The notes under the pieces were generated by a model that did not search any database, was not told the origin of the DNA, and saw only the letters and a program-made list of their open reading frames with translations. A stretch of 64,000 bases of DNA from contig OY782041.1 of assembly GCA_963677595.1 (NCBI GenBank), positions 3,840,001-3,904,000 on the forward strand, given 5' to 3'. Position numbers and translations under genes: made by a program. Each line of letters opens with the position of its first letter. The first letter of the stretch is position 1. This stretch comes from Spirochaetia bacterium. GTDB lineage: Bacteria > Spirochaetota > Spirochaetia > CAKZLE01. Positions 42,584 to 51,488 of this stretch are shown in pieces.

Positions 42584-43185
42584 AGGTGTTCTTCCACTTC
42601 TCCGTCATCGGGTTCTCCAACACCTACCTCGTCGGGAACGAGGATGGGGATGCCATCCTCATCGATCCCGGCCATATGGACCTGCAGCTGCTCGAGCTCA
42701 TCGAGAGCAACCACTACCGGCTCAAGCATATCCTGCTCACCCACCGGCATGCCTCGCACACAGCCGGCATCGGGACGCTCCTGAAGATCTATGATGCTGA
42801 TATCTACTCCTATTCGACCTTCGGGTCCTTCGATGCCCAGTACCACTCCATCGCCCACGGAGACACGCTCAGCCTTGCCGGTGTCGAGATCAAATGCCTC
42901 CATGTGCCGGGGCACTCATCCGATTCGGTCGTGTTCATCATCGACCAGGCGATGTTCACCGGGGATGTCCTGCTCTCAGGCCGCGTCGGCAGTACCGACT
43001 CCAAGCTCTCCCACTCCCTGCTCATCAGGTCGATCCGTGAACAGCTGCTCACCCTTGATGACCGGATGATCATCTTCCCGGGTCACGGAGCCCCGTCGAC
43101 CCTCAAGATCGAGAAGATGTTCAATGAAGACCTGATACATGAGAGGCGGGTGCACTCGGTTGAAGGGACCTCAGTGCCGCTCTGA
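42580..43185 (+). CDS. MBL-fold metallo-hydrolase (glyoxalase II-like)
   Basis: IDPG, THRHASH, PGHS, FTGD, PGHG. Confidence 0.88.
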   Translation: MKVFFHFSVIGFSNTYLVGNEDGDAILIDPGHMDLQLLELIESNHYRLKHILLTHRHASHTAGIGTLLKIYDADIYSYSTFGSFDAQYHSIAHGDTLSLAGVEIKCLHVPGHSSDSVVFIIDQAMFTGDVLLSGRVGSTDSKLSHSLLIRSIREQLLTLDDRMIIFPGHGAPSTLKIEKMFNEDLIHERRVHSVEGTSVPL

Positions 43186-44077
43186 ACCGATCCGGCATCG
43201 GGGCGGTGAACTTCCGCTCCACCATATTCCCCGCATCATCCGGTATGGCTATCGTCAGCGAGAGTGCATGGAGCATGAGGGTCGCGTCCTTCAGGTGCTT
43301 GTCTGGACGCGAGTAGATCGGGTCCCCGATGATCGGGTGCCCGATATGCTTCATATGGACGCGCAGCTGGTGGGTCCTGCCGGTCTTCAGCGTCAGCCGT
43401 ACCAGGGCCGCCCCCATGAACTGCCGCAGCACCAGGTAATGGGTCTCCGCGAACTTCCCCTCTTCAGGGTTATCGCTGACGGTGAACTTCTTCCGGTCTC
43501 TCCGGTCCCGCACGATCTGCGTCTTTATGATCCCGCGCCGCTTCTGTACCGTTCCCTTGACGATGGCTATATAGACCTTTTGGGTACTCCGCCCGGAGAA
43601 CTGGGCAGAGAGCGCCTCGAGGGTCTTCGTCTCCTTGGCAACGATCATGACTCCCGAGGTGTCCTTGTCGAGACGGTGCACGATCCCCGGACGCGTCTCG
43701 TCGAGCGTCCCGAGCTCCCGGTACCGGTAGAGCAGGCCATGCACCAGGGTACCGTGCCAGTTGCCAGCAGCTGGGTGTACGACGAGGGACTGGGGCTTGT
43801 CGATGACGACGACATGCGAGTTCTCGAAGAGGATGGGGAATCCCACGGGTTCCGGCTCGATATGTTCCGGAGTCTCCCGCACGATCTCGAGGGAGACCAG
43901 GTCTCCCGGGGAGACCTTCCTGCTCTTCTTACACACCTTGCCGTTCAGCTTGATCACGGTAGACTCAAGGTCTATCTGGGACCGTGATACATCTTCGAGC
44001 TGCCCTGAGATGAAGGCATCGACCCTCACGGGTACGAAGTCTTCCGGTACTGCCAATTCATACTGTTCTGCAGCCAT
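43121..44077 (-). CDS. RluA/RluD family pseudouridine synthase
   Basis: RPGIVHRLDKDTSG, TGRTHQLRVH, GDPIY. Confidence 0.93.
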   Translation of the reverse strand: MAAEQYELAVPEDFVPVRVDAFISGQLEDVSRSQIDLESTVIKLNGKVCKKSRKVSPGDLVSLEIVRETPEHIEPEPVGFPILFENSHVVVIDKPQSLVVHPAAGNWHGTLVHGLLYRYRELGTLDETRPGIVHRLDKDTSGVMIVAKETKTLEALSAQFSGRSTQKVYIAIVKGTVQKRRGIIKTQIVRDRRDRKKFTVSDNPEEGKFAETHYLVLRQFMGAALVRLTLKTGRTHQLRVHMKHIGHPIIGDPIYSRPDKHLKDATLMLHALSLTIAIPDDAGNMVERKFTAPMPDRFRAALRSLQPSAPASHVSGLH

Positions 44078-44078
44078 C

Positions 44079-44417
44079 TCATTCCCCCTCGTTCAGGCCC
44101 AGGATATAATCGACTACGGCGATGGTGAGCGAAAGCCCTATCGTGATTCCCAGGCTCAGTTCCGTGGCGGGCAGGTCACTGGAGATAAGCGCATCAGCTG
44201 CGCTCACTACCAGGGAAGAGACCGCGAAGGTGATAGGCAGGGAGCCGAAGAAGATGGTCTCTGCCCGTCGCAGGTCCACTGCGAAGGGGGAGAACTCACT
44301 CTCGAGATAGGGTTCGTAGGTGGTCTCTTCCTCCTCTGCATCTTCGGCAAAGGCCGGTAGTGGTACGAGTACAGCTAAGAGTATGACCAGGGAGCAGAGG
44401 GAGAGGATCCTACGCAT
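44079..44417 (-). CDS. Small hypothetical membrane protein
   Basis: Signal peptide plus two TM helices; coupled to the flanking genes. Confidence 0.7.
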   Translation of the reverse strand: MRRILSLCSLVILLAVLVPLPAFAEDAEEEETTYEPYLESEFSPFAVDLRRAETIFFGSLPITFAVSSLVVSAADALISSDLPATELSLGITIGLSLTIAVVDYILGLNEGE

Positions 44418-45108
44418 AATCCCTCTTGCCGAAGATGGCCGAGCCGATACGGATCATGGTCGAACCCTCTTCTATGGCGATCTGGTAATCGGAACTCATC
44501 CCCATCGAGATGGTATCGAAGAGGATCTCAGGGTACCGTTTTATAGAGTCGAAATAGAGCTTTCGCAGGTGTGCGAAGGCAGCGCGGAGCTCCTCTTCAG
44601 TCCCGCCGAGCGGACCGACGGTCATGAGTCCCCGCATCTCGATATGCTTCATCCCAAGGCCGGCCTCGATGGCGCTGAAGAGCTCCTCCTCATCCTGGAA
44701 GCCGGACTTCGCCTCCTCCCCGCTGGTATTGAACTCGAAGAGGACCTTCATGACCCTGCCGGTTGGCTGGAGTGCCTTCTCCAGCTTCTCCAGGAGCTTG
44801 AGCGAATCGACTGAATCGATCCAGGATACCTGTTCGACGATCTTCTTCACCTTGTTACTCTGCAGGTGGCCGATCATGTGGAGCTCCTCGGGGATCTGGT
44901 AGCCGGCGTACTTCTCCGAGACCTCCTGGACCCGATTCTCGCCGAAACAGTGGATGTCGCACTGCTCACGGGCATAGATGACCTTCTCGATCGGCTGGGT
45001 CTTGCTGACTGCCATCAGGGTGATCTCCTCAGGATCCCGTCCTGCTTTCAGGGCATAATCCCTGATCTCACCAGCAATTCCTGCAACAGCATCTTTTATG
45101 TATTCCAT
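44410..45108 (-). CDS. yggS: YggS family PLP homeostasis protein
   Basis: MAVSKT, FGENRVQE, HMIGHLQSNK, SMGMSSDY, IRIGSAIFG. Confidence 0.94.
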   Translation of the reverse strand: MEYIKDAVAGIAGEIRDYALKAGRDPEEITLMAVSKTQPIEKVIYAREQCDIHCFGENRVQEVSEKYAGYQIPEELHMIGHLQSNKVKKIVEQVSWIDSVDSLKLLEKLEKALQPTGRVMKVLFEFNTSGEEAKSGFQDEEELFSAIEAGLGMKHIEMRGLMTVGPLGGTEEELRAAFAHLRKLYFDSIKRYPEILFDTISMGMSSDYQIAIEEGSTMIRIGSAIFGKRDYA

Positions 45109-45200
45109 GAACGGCACCACCTCACTATACCAACTCGTGTACGCATGCAGTCAGTGTATCAATAATCAGGAGATAAAAAAAGCGGTATGGGCATTTTTTC

Positions 45201-46364
45201 TCACCCCTCCCAATCGAGGAGCCGCCGCTCACCGGAGAGCTTCTGCAGTCCTGAGATCTCCTGCAGGATCTCGAGGACCCCGTCATACACACCATCCGCA
45301 TCATAGAGTGCGATATAGTTGATCAGCAGGTACTTTTCCCCGATCGTCACCCTGAAGGAGGCGCGATCATGCTCTAATCTGCGAAACCCATCGAGGATCC
45401 GCTCGACGGTGCCGACACTCTTCGGGGGATGGCACTGCTGGACCTTCCGACCGATCACGGCCGGGGTCCTCGGGAAGATCCGCTCGGGCGGGGTGTTATA
45501 GAAGACGACGCGGTCTTCGGCATCCACGAGTGTGATATCGACGGGGAGGTTCGAGAAAATATTGACGAGCTGTTCCCTGCTGAGCGTCCCAGTCGGCAGG
45601 TCTATGCTCCCTGCCGGGGACGGCTGGTCAGAGATGAGTCGTTCATCTGCCTCATAGGAGGCGAGCTGTTCCCAGACCGAGGCCGGCAGCAGCTCGACCA
45701 TCGCAGGAAGGAGGATGGCGTTCTCCCGGAAGATGATCGTCCCGGCAGCAAAAAAGAACTTCCCTACCTGTTCATTGAACCTCCGCAGGCTGTCCCCCTC
45801 CTCCTGCAGCGCCTCGATACACTGTGCGAGTGCCGCGGCTGCATCGGTATGGATGGACCACATGAGCGAGGTGCAGGCATGTTCGCTCACCTCCTTCTCC
45901 AGGATGGGGAACACGTCGTTCTCCAGCTTCTCATAATGGTTTTTAAGCTGCTGGCTGAGGGCAGAGAGCTGCCCCACTACCTCCATACGCCGTGAATCAT
46001 CAGCTTCACCCTGTAAGAGACGCAGCTCCCCTTTCAGTGCAGCCAGCACAGACTCGATCTGCCGATTCTCCTGCAGGATCCCCGCTACATAGGGGATCGA
46101 GTCGAACCTGAGCTCATCACGTTCCAGGAACTTCGAGCAGGCATGGATCAGCCTGCTCACCTGGAGCTTCACGGAGCTGATATCCGCTTCCTGCGCCATG
46201 ATATAGTCTACGAGACTGACCAGCTCCAGGGGGGTGATCTCAGTCAAGAGCGGCTCGAAAACCTCCCAGCGGTCACGGAACTCCGTACGGTCAGAAAGCG
46301 TGTCGCAGACTACTTTCAGCCTCTCCAATCTCTCAGGTGACAACATATCTTCCAGCTGTTTCAT
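45201..46364 (-). CDS. DUF438/hemerythrin-like + PAS domain protein
   Basis: HYEKLEN..FPILE, MWSIH, IFREN, LPVDITLVD, IGRKVQQCHPPKS. Confidence 0.8.
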   Translation of the reverse strand: MKQLEDMLSPERLERLKVVCDTLSDRTEFRDRWEVFEPLLTEITPLELVSLVDYIMAQEADISSVKLQVSRLIHACSKFLERDELRFDSIPYVAGILQENRQIESVLAALKGELRLLQGEADDSRRMEVVGQLSALSQQLKNHYEKLENDVFPILEKEVSEHACTSLMWSIHTDAAAALAQCIEALQEEGDSLRRFNEQVGKFFFAAGTIIFRENAILLPAMVELLPASVWEQLASYEADERLISDQPSPAGSIDLPTGTLSREQLVNIFSNLPVDITLVDAEDRVVFYNTPPERIFPRTPAVIGRKVQQCHPPKSVGTVERILDGFRRLEHDRASFRVTIGEKYLLINYIALYDADGVYDGVLEILQEISGLQKLSGERRLLDWEG

Positions 46365-46436
46365 GGTTCCTCCCCCTTGGTGGCTCTATCTATCATACCA
46401 CAGAACAGGGGAACCCTGCCAAGTACAATCCTTCGG

Positions 46437-46913
46437 TCACTTCAGCTCCTCGAGGAGCCTCGCGAGCACCCGTAGACGTTCCCCGATGAGTTCATCATCC
46501 TCCCCGAGAGCCCGCATGAAGAGCTTCATGTCCTCATCGAGCATATCATTCTCCAGGCAGAATCGCATCGTCATGGCATCGCCCTGTAAGCCTACCCGGT
46601 CGATCTCGGGGTTCTCCGGGTCATAGTAGTTCTCATATATATATGACTCTTTCAGGTACTTCTTCGCCCGGATGATGAAGATGGCAAGGTCAAGTACCCT
46701 GTGCAGGGGGATCTCCTCCGACTGCCTTGACCACCGATTCCCCGAATGCCTCCAGATCTTCGCTGAGATCTCAACGTTCCCCCGGTCATTCCACTGGGCG
46801 AGCCCCAGTGAGAGCCCCTTCACGTCCGTGTCATAGGCGTACCGCCCGTCGATATGGTCATAGTCATCGGTGATGATCACCGGCTTATGCTTGAGTGTGG
46901 TAGGAATATCCAT
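46437..46913 (-). CDS. DUF6530-like protein
   Basis: IPTTLKHKPVI, SLGLAQWN, SAKIWR, WSRQSEEIPLHRVLDLAI; AGGAGG RBS. Confidence 0.75.
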   Translation of the reverse strand: MDIPTTLKHKPVIITDDYDHIDGRYAYDTDVKGLSLGLAQWNDRGNVEISAKIWRHSGNRWSRQSEEIPLHRVLDLAIFIIRAKKYLKESYIYENYYDPENPEIDRVGLQGDAMTMRFCLENDMLDEDMKLFMRALGEDDELIGERLRVLARLLEELK

Positions 46914-46935
46914 TGTTCCCTCCTGTTTGATAGGT

Positions 46936-46988
46936 AATTACTAATTTACTACTTTACTAATTGTACATAAGGATAGGTAACGAGTCAA
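46936..46988 (-). promoter_or_regulatory. Sigma70 promoter with 3 x 8-bp operator-like repeats
   Basis: TTGACT(46988-83)-17-TACAAT(46965-60) followed directly by TAGTAAAG TAGTAAAT TAGTAATT. Confidence 0.65.
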
Positions 46989-47280
46989 GCAGGGTTCACG
47001 AGCATGATCGTGTCACTAAACCGGAAATGAGAAATCTGGATTGTCCCTCACATGAACATTACCAAGAAGAGCGTTAGAGTGGTGTAATGGAAAGAAAAAG
47101 GGAGAGTCCCTAAGGGAGAAGTGAAGAGGAAGCCCCAAGTTAGTTGACCGCTGACAGAAACTTCCTCTCCACCAAAACAGATAGCAACAGTTCCTCCGAA
47201 GCGGCTGCAATTCAAGAGGCCATCCATCCTTGAACAAGGGCAACGGAGATTTGGTGGATTGTGGTACCAAAGTCAGGAAG

Positions 47281-48744
47281 TCAGTTTCTGTCCTTCTCTG
47301 CAACATAACGTTGTTTCTTGCTCTTTGGCCTATTGGGCAGAGTCATTCTCAGTTGAGCACGTTCCAGCAAGGGACGAAGGTACCTCGCCGTCATATAATA
47401 CACAGAGGAAAGACCGATATGCTTTGCAATTTCCACCTTTGAACGAGGCTCTGAGCAAAATTGAAGGATCTGTTTCAGGATTGCAGAGTCATTTTCACCC
47501 TCAGTATCAGTATCCTTCGGTGCATTACGATGGTTGAAGAGCGTAGCTCTAAACACTCCGCGCCGGCTTTCAAATACTGGTGGAAGCAGGTTCGCCTTCT
47601 CCATCTCAGCATAGATGGTTGGGATGCCGGAAAAACGATTCTCTGTCTCTGCCAGAACTTCCAAAGCGCCAGCAATGAATGGATTGCGGGTATCTGCTGA
47701 CATTTTTCCCAGTTCATCAATCGTGATCCGACCATACAGGCCTCCTGGGTTCTCGATCTCCAAACGATTTTCAAACACGAGAATGCGTATCGGCGAGTTG
47801 ATGGTATGAATGCTGTAGTCACGGTGGATCAGGGCATTGAGTACCAGCTCGCGAACTGCCTTGAGCGGATATTCCGGCCTGTCCATACGCTCCCCATGCT
47901 CATTAATGACGGTTGCCAGCCGGGTATTGCGGCTTATGAATCTCAAAGCACTCTCATACATCTGGATAATGGTGCCCTCGATGCGCTTGTTATCAACAAA
48001 CCGTTCATCATGCTGGCCAATTTCTGAATATGTGGTACCGGCGATGACCATGGCAGTAATACTGAGTTGTGGAAAGAATGCCTGAGGGTACTCTCCAAAA
48101 AGCATCAGTCCGGCTACTGTGGGCACCCCATGTACGGTGATGCCCTGAAGTTGCAGCACTTTCTGTAACGGAAGCTGGGAAAGGTTCTCCTTGAAACGCT
48201 TGATTTTCAGCATATACTCAGTCAGCCTATCATCACTCAGATCATCCATGGCGGCATGCTGCGCAGGATGCTTTTCATCCTGGATGTGTTGACGATACAC
48301 CTCATAGCTGTAAACTTCATATTCGGTCATGTGCTCATCTGAATCACCAACCCTGATATACGAGCCTTTTAATCGCCCGGCTCCAGCATAATAGCAGGGC
48401 TTCTCCAGTATGGGGCATTCTGCGATCTCTGCACTCACAACCTTTTTGCCGTCAATCTCTGCCACCGTGAATACGGGTCTGACAATCGGGATCATCTGTT
48501 TGGCTTGGTTGTTTACCTGTTGCTGGATAGTCTGGGGATCATCAACGCCTGTTATGGAATAAGCATCGTGCTCATGGATACCGAAAACAATGATCCCCCC
48601 ATCCTTCTGATTAGAAAAACTCGACAAGGTACCATAAAGACGCTTGGGGGCTTCAGTCTGTGAGCGTTTCAATTCAATGTGCTGCGACTCACAGCGCAGA
48701 TGGACGATATCATCGACCAATGATACCAGCTCGCTTGGCAACAT
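47281..48744 (-). CDS. AlbA_2 (Schlafen-like) + HATPase_c_4 + wHTH protein ('RecG-like ATP-binding protein')
   Basis: ESQHIELK..LSSFSNQKDGGIIVFGI; AVRELVLNALIHRDY..EIENPGGL..RNPFIA..FSGIP; C-terminal HTH ending PKSKKQRY; AGGAGG RBS. Confidence 0.85.
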   Translation of the reverse strand: MLPSELVSLVDDIVHLRCESQHIELKRSQTEAPKRLYGTLSSFSNQKDGGIIVFGIHEHDAYSITGVDDPQTIQQQVNNQAKQMIPIVRPVFTVAEIDGKKVVSAEIAECPILEKPCYYAGAGRLKGSYIRVGDSDEHMTEYEVYSYEVYRQHIQDEKHPAQHAAMDDLSDDRLTEYMLKIKRFKENLSQLPLQKVLQLQGITVHGVPTVAGLMLFGEYPQAFFPQLSITAMVIAGTTYSEIGQHDERFVDNKRIEGTIIQMYESALRFISRNTRLATVINEHGERMDRPEYPLKAVRELVLNALIHRDYSIHTINSPIRILVFENRLEIENPGGLYGRITIDELGKMSADTRNPFIAGALEVLAETENRFSGIPTIYAEMEKANLLPPVFESRRGVFRATLFNHRNAPKDTDTEGENDSAILKQILQFCSEPRSKVEIAKHIGLSSVYYMTARYLRPLLERAQLRMTLPNRPKSKKQRYVAEKDRN

Positions 48745-48797
48745 ATGGATTCCTCCTAGTCATACTATGACATAACCAAACGGGAAAATCAATATTT

Positions 48798-48921
48798 TTC
48801 ACAAATACAATCGTTAACTTCTCAAATTTATACGTATTCTTCTCAAATGTTTTTGAATCTTCTTAAATTTCTTCATAAATCTATTCATTTTTCTCAAATT
48901 TGCACTCAATAGATTTGTGAA
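48798..48921. repeat. Array of TTC(T/A)(C/T)AAAT nonamers
   Basis: Direct copies at 48798, 48819, 48840, 48860, 48872, 48891; inverted copy at 48913-48921. Confidence 0.7.
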
Positions 48922-49069
48922 TTTTCAGCCTTTGTGTGAATTGCTGCCATTCTTTCGGCTCGCATCGATCACGTGCGTATCAATCTTCCTCAACGCAGGG
49001 TCGCGAGCATGGTGCGTATCAGTGGATGATGTTGAATAGGTGGTATTCCAAGAAGTAGTCTAATAAAGA

Positions 49070-49097
49070 TTAAGGAGCAGTTCTCACTGCTCCTTAA
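49070..49097 (-). terminator. Hairpin downstream of tRNA-Val
   Basis: Perfect 11-bp stem ttaaggagcag/ctgctccttaa. Confidence 0.7.
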
Positions 49098-49104
49098 GTG
49101 GTTG

Positions 49105-49177
<73 letters not shown>

Positions 49178-49191
49178 TCGCAACGTTGGCA

Positions 49192-49220
49192 AATATAGCA
49201 AACTGCATTTCTTTTGTCAA
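49192..49220 (-). promoter_or_regulatory. Sigma70 promoter of tRNA-Val
   Basis: TTGACA-17-TATATT. Confidence 0.75.
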
Positions 49221-49296
49221 CACACATTTTACTCTTTTATCAATTTTGTCTTTATGGTATTATCCGGCCCGTAGACACAGCAAATGGAGAAATCGT

Positions 49297-51327
49297 ATGG
49301 GTGCTAAACAGACCAGGAACATCGGCATCATGGCACATATTGATGCAGGGAAGACAACTACTACTGAACGGATCCTCTTCTACTCTGGAGAGAACCACCG
49401 TATCGGCGAAGTCGATAACGGTGAGGCTACCATGGACTGGATGGAGCAGGAGCAGGACCGTGGGATCACCATCACCTCTGCTGCCACGACCTGTTACTGG
49501 AATGATACCAAGATCAATATCATCGACACGCCCGGGCATGTCGATTTCACCGCCGAAGTCGAGCGTGCCCTCCGTGTGCTTGACGGTGCGGTAGCGGTCT
49601 TCTGTGCGGTCGGCGGTGTGGAACCGCAGTCCGAGACCGTCTGGAGACAGTCTGAGAAATACCATATTCCGAAGATCGCGTTCGTGAACAAGATGGACCG
49701 GCTCGGGGCGGACTTCTTCGAGGTACTCGAGGAGATCGAGCAGAAGCTCGGGGCAAGCCCCTTCCCGCTCTTCATCCCCCACGGGGCTGAATCAGAATTC
49801 TGCGGGATCGTAGACCTCATCACGATGGAATACCTTTCCTTCGAGCCCACCTCCTACGGGAGCGAGGTCTCGCGCGGCCCGATACCAGAAGAACTCGCGG
49901 ACCTTTCCGAGCTTTGGCGCGAGCATATGCTCGATGCCGTCTCAGCCCATTCCGACGAGGTGACAGAACTGCTGCTCGAGGGTGAGGAGATACCGGTAGA
50001 GCTCATCAAGTCCGCTGTACGAGAGATCACGATCAAGCGACAGGGTATCCCGGTATTCGTCGGCTCCTCACTGAAGAACATCGGAGTCCAGCCCCTCATC
50101 GACGGGATCGTCTCCTACCTGCCCTCACCGGAGGACACCCCTCCCATCATCGGCCACCATGCGAAACATGACAGGGAGGTCAGCATCGGGCATGACCCTG
50201 ACGGCCAGGCACTGGCGTTGGTCTTCAAGATACAGCATGATCGTGAGGCAGGGCCGCTCTGCTTCTTCCGAGTCTACTCCGGCAGGATAAAGAAGGGCGC
50301 CGCAGTCCTCAACATAAACAAGAAGAAACGTGAACGGATCAACCGCCTGTTCAGGATGCATGCGAACAAGCCGGAAGCCATCGATACCGTCGAGGCAGGC
50401 GATATCGCGGTAGCGGTCGGGTTCAAGTTCTCCCAGACAGGCGATACGATCGGCTCCGAGGGGTTCCAGGTGCTCTTAGAGAACGTGGAGTTCCCCGAAC
50501 CCGTCATCTCGGTCGCGATCGAACCGAGGACGATCTCTGACCAGGACAAGCTCAAGCGGGTCCTCGATATGCTGACCAAGGAGGATCCCACCTTCACCTC
50601 GAAGGAGAACCCCGATACCGGTCAGCTCATCATCTCCGGCATGGGGGAGCTCCATCTCGACGTCCTCGTCACGAGGATCTTGAAGGAGTTCAAGGTAGAG
50701 GCACGTATCGGGAAGCCGCAGGTCACCTACCGTGAGTCGATCACGGATACCGTCTCGAAGACTGAGGTCTTTACCAAGGTCATCGCCGGCAAGGAGAACC
50801 ATGCCGAGGTCACCATCAGGGTCTCTCCCCAGCCTACCGGAGCCGGGAATCTCTACAGCACCACGCTCACCAAGCACGACTTGCCGCAGGCAATGCTCGA
50901 TGCTGTCGAACGCGGCGTCACGAACTCATTCCGTTCAGGCATCCAGCTTGGGTACCCGATCACGGACCTCAAGGCTGAGCTGGTCGGCGTGAAGTACCAT
51001 GAGCTCACTGCCTCCGAACTCGCCTATGAGGCTGCTGCCTCGATCTGTTTCGATGCAGCTTGTCGTGCTGCCTCACCGGTCCTGCTCGAACCGATCATGA
51101 AGGTCGATATCATGTGCCCGAAGGAGAATGTCGGGGACGTGATCAGTCACCTCACCTCCCTCGGCGGGATCATAGAATCCCTCGAGAGCCGTCCTACCAT
51201 CGAGCACATCAGGGCACAGGCTTCCATGGTGAATCTCTTCGGCTACTCTACCAAGCTCAGGTCACTCACGCAGGGACGTGGCACGTTCGCCCTCGAGTTC
51301 CACCATTTCTCGCCGAAAAACGGCTGA
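49297..51327 (+). CDS. fusA: Elongation factor G paralog (spirochaete EF-G2/recycling type)
   Basis: [30 protein letters not shown]; domain IV lacks KQSGG; GGAG RBS before ATG 49297. Confidence 0.92.
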   Translation: MGAKQTRNIGIMAHIDAGKTTTTERILFYSGENHRIGEVDNGEATMDWMEQEQDRGITITSAATTCYWNDTKINIIDTPGHVDFTAEVERALRVLDGAVAVFCAVGGVEPQSETVWRQSEKYHIPKIAFVNKMDRLGADFFEVLEEIEQKLGASPFPLFIPHGAESEFCGIVDLITMEYLSFEPTSYGSEVSRGPIPEELADLSELWREHMLDAVSAHSDEVTELLLEGEEIPVELIKSAVREITIKRQGIPVFVGSSLKNIGVQPLIDGIVSYLPSPEDTPPIIGHHAKHDREVSIGHDPDGQALALVFKIQHDREAGPLCFFRVYSGRIKKGAAVLNINKKKRERINRLFRMHANKPEAIDTVEAGDIAVAVGFKFSQTGDTIGSEGFQVLLENVEFPEPVISVAIEPRTISDQDKLKRVLDMLTKEDPTFTSKENPDTGQLIISGMGELHLDVLVTRILKEFKVEARIGKPQVTYRESITDTVSKTEVFTKVIAGKENHAEVTIRVSPQPTGAGNLYSTTLTKHDLPQAMLDAVERGVTNSFRSGIQLGYPITDLKAELVGVKYHELTASELAYEAAASICFDAACRAASPVLLEPIMKVDIMCPKENVGDVISHLTSLGGIIESLESRPTIEHIRAQASMVNLFGYSTKLRSLTQGRGTFALEFHHFSPKNG

Positions 51328-51379
51328 TTCGCAAGGGATCGTATAATTAGTTATACGTTAGAAGGTTAAAATGATACTT

Positions 51380-51420
51380 GCAGGTATTACCGGTTTCTGC
51401 CATAATACCTGCTTTTTTTT
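51380..51420 (+). terminator. Rho-independent terminator
   Basis: gcaggtatta/taatacctgc stem followed by T8. Confidence 0.85.
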
Positions 51421-51424
51421 ATTG

Positions 51425-51453
51425 TTGACATATGGTTCTCCGCGTATTAGGGT
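51425..51453 (+). promoter_or_regulatory. Putative promoter of the second EF-G gene
   Basis: TTGACA-17-TAGGGT; AAGGAGG RBS downstream. Confidence 0.55.
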
Positions 51454-51488
51454 TACATTTGACTCAAATCAAATAAAAGGAGGATTAT

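Larger units (their letters stand above)
46986..49021. other. Putative small genomic islet downstream of tRNA-Val
   Basis: AT-richer with different codon usage; imperfect direct repeat at 46986-47015 and 48991-49021; no mobility gene. Confidence 0.5.

Noticed and set aside
47128-47150. gtcaactaac..ggggctt (minus strand) resembling an IS end or HEARO/omegaRNA start
   Set aside because: Only a short resemblance; no IscB/TnpB/transposase and no partner terminal repeat found
47016-47306. 96-aa ORF downstream of the AlbA_2 gene
   Set aside because: No RBS, atypical composition, overlaps the gene end
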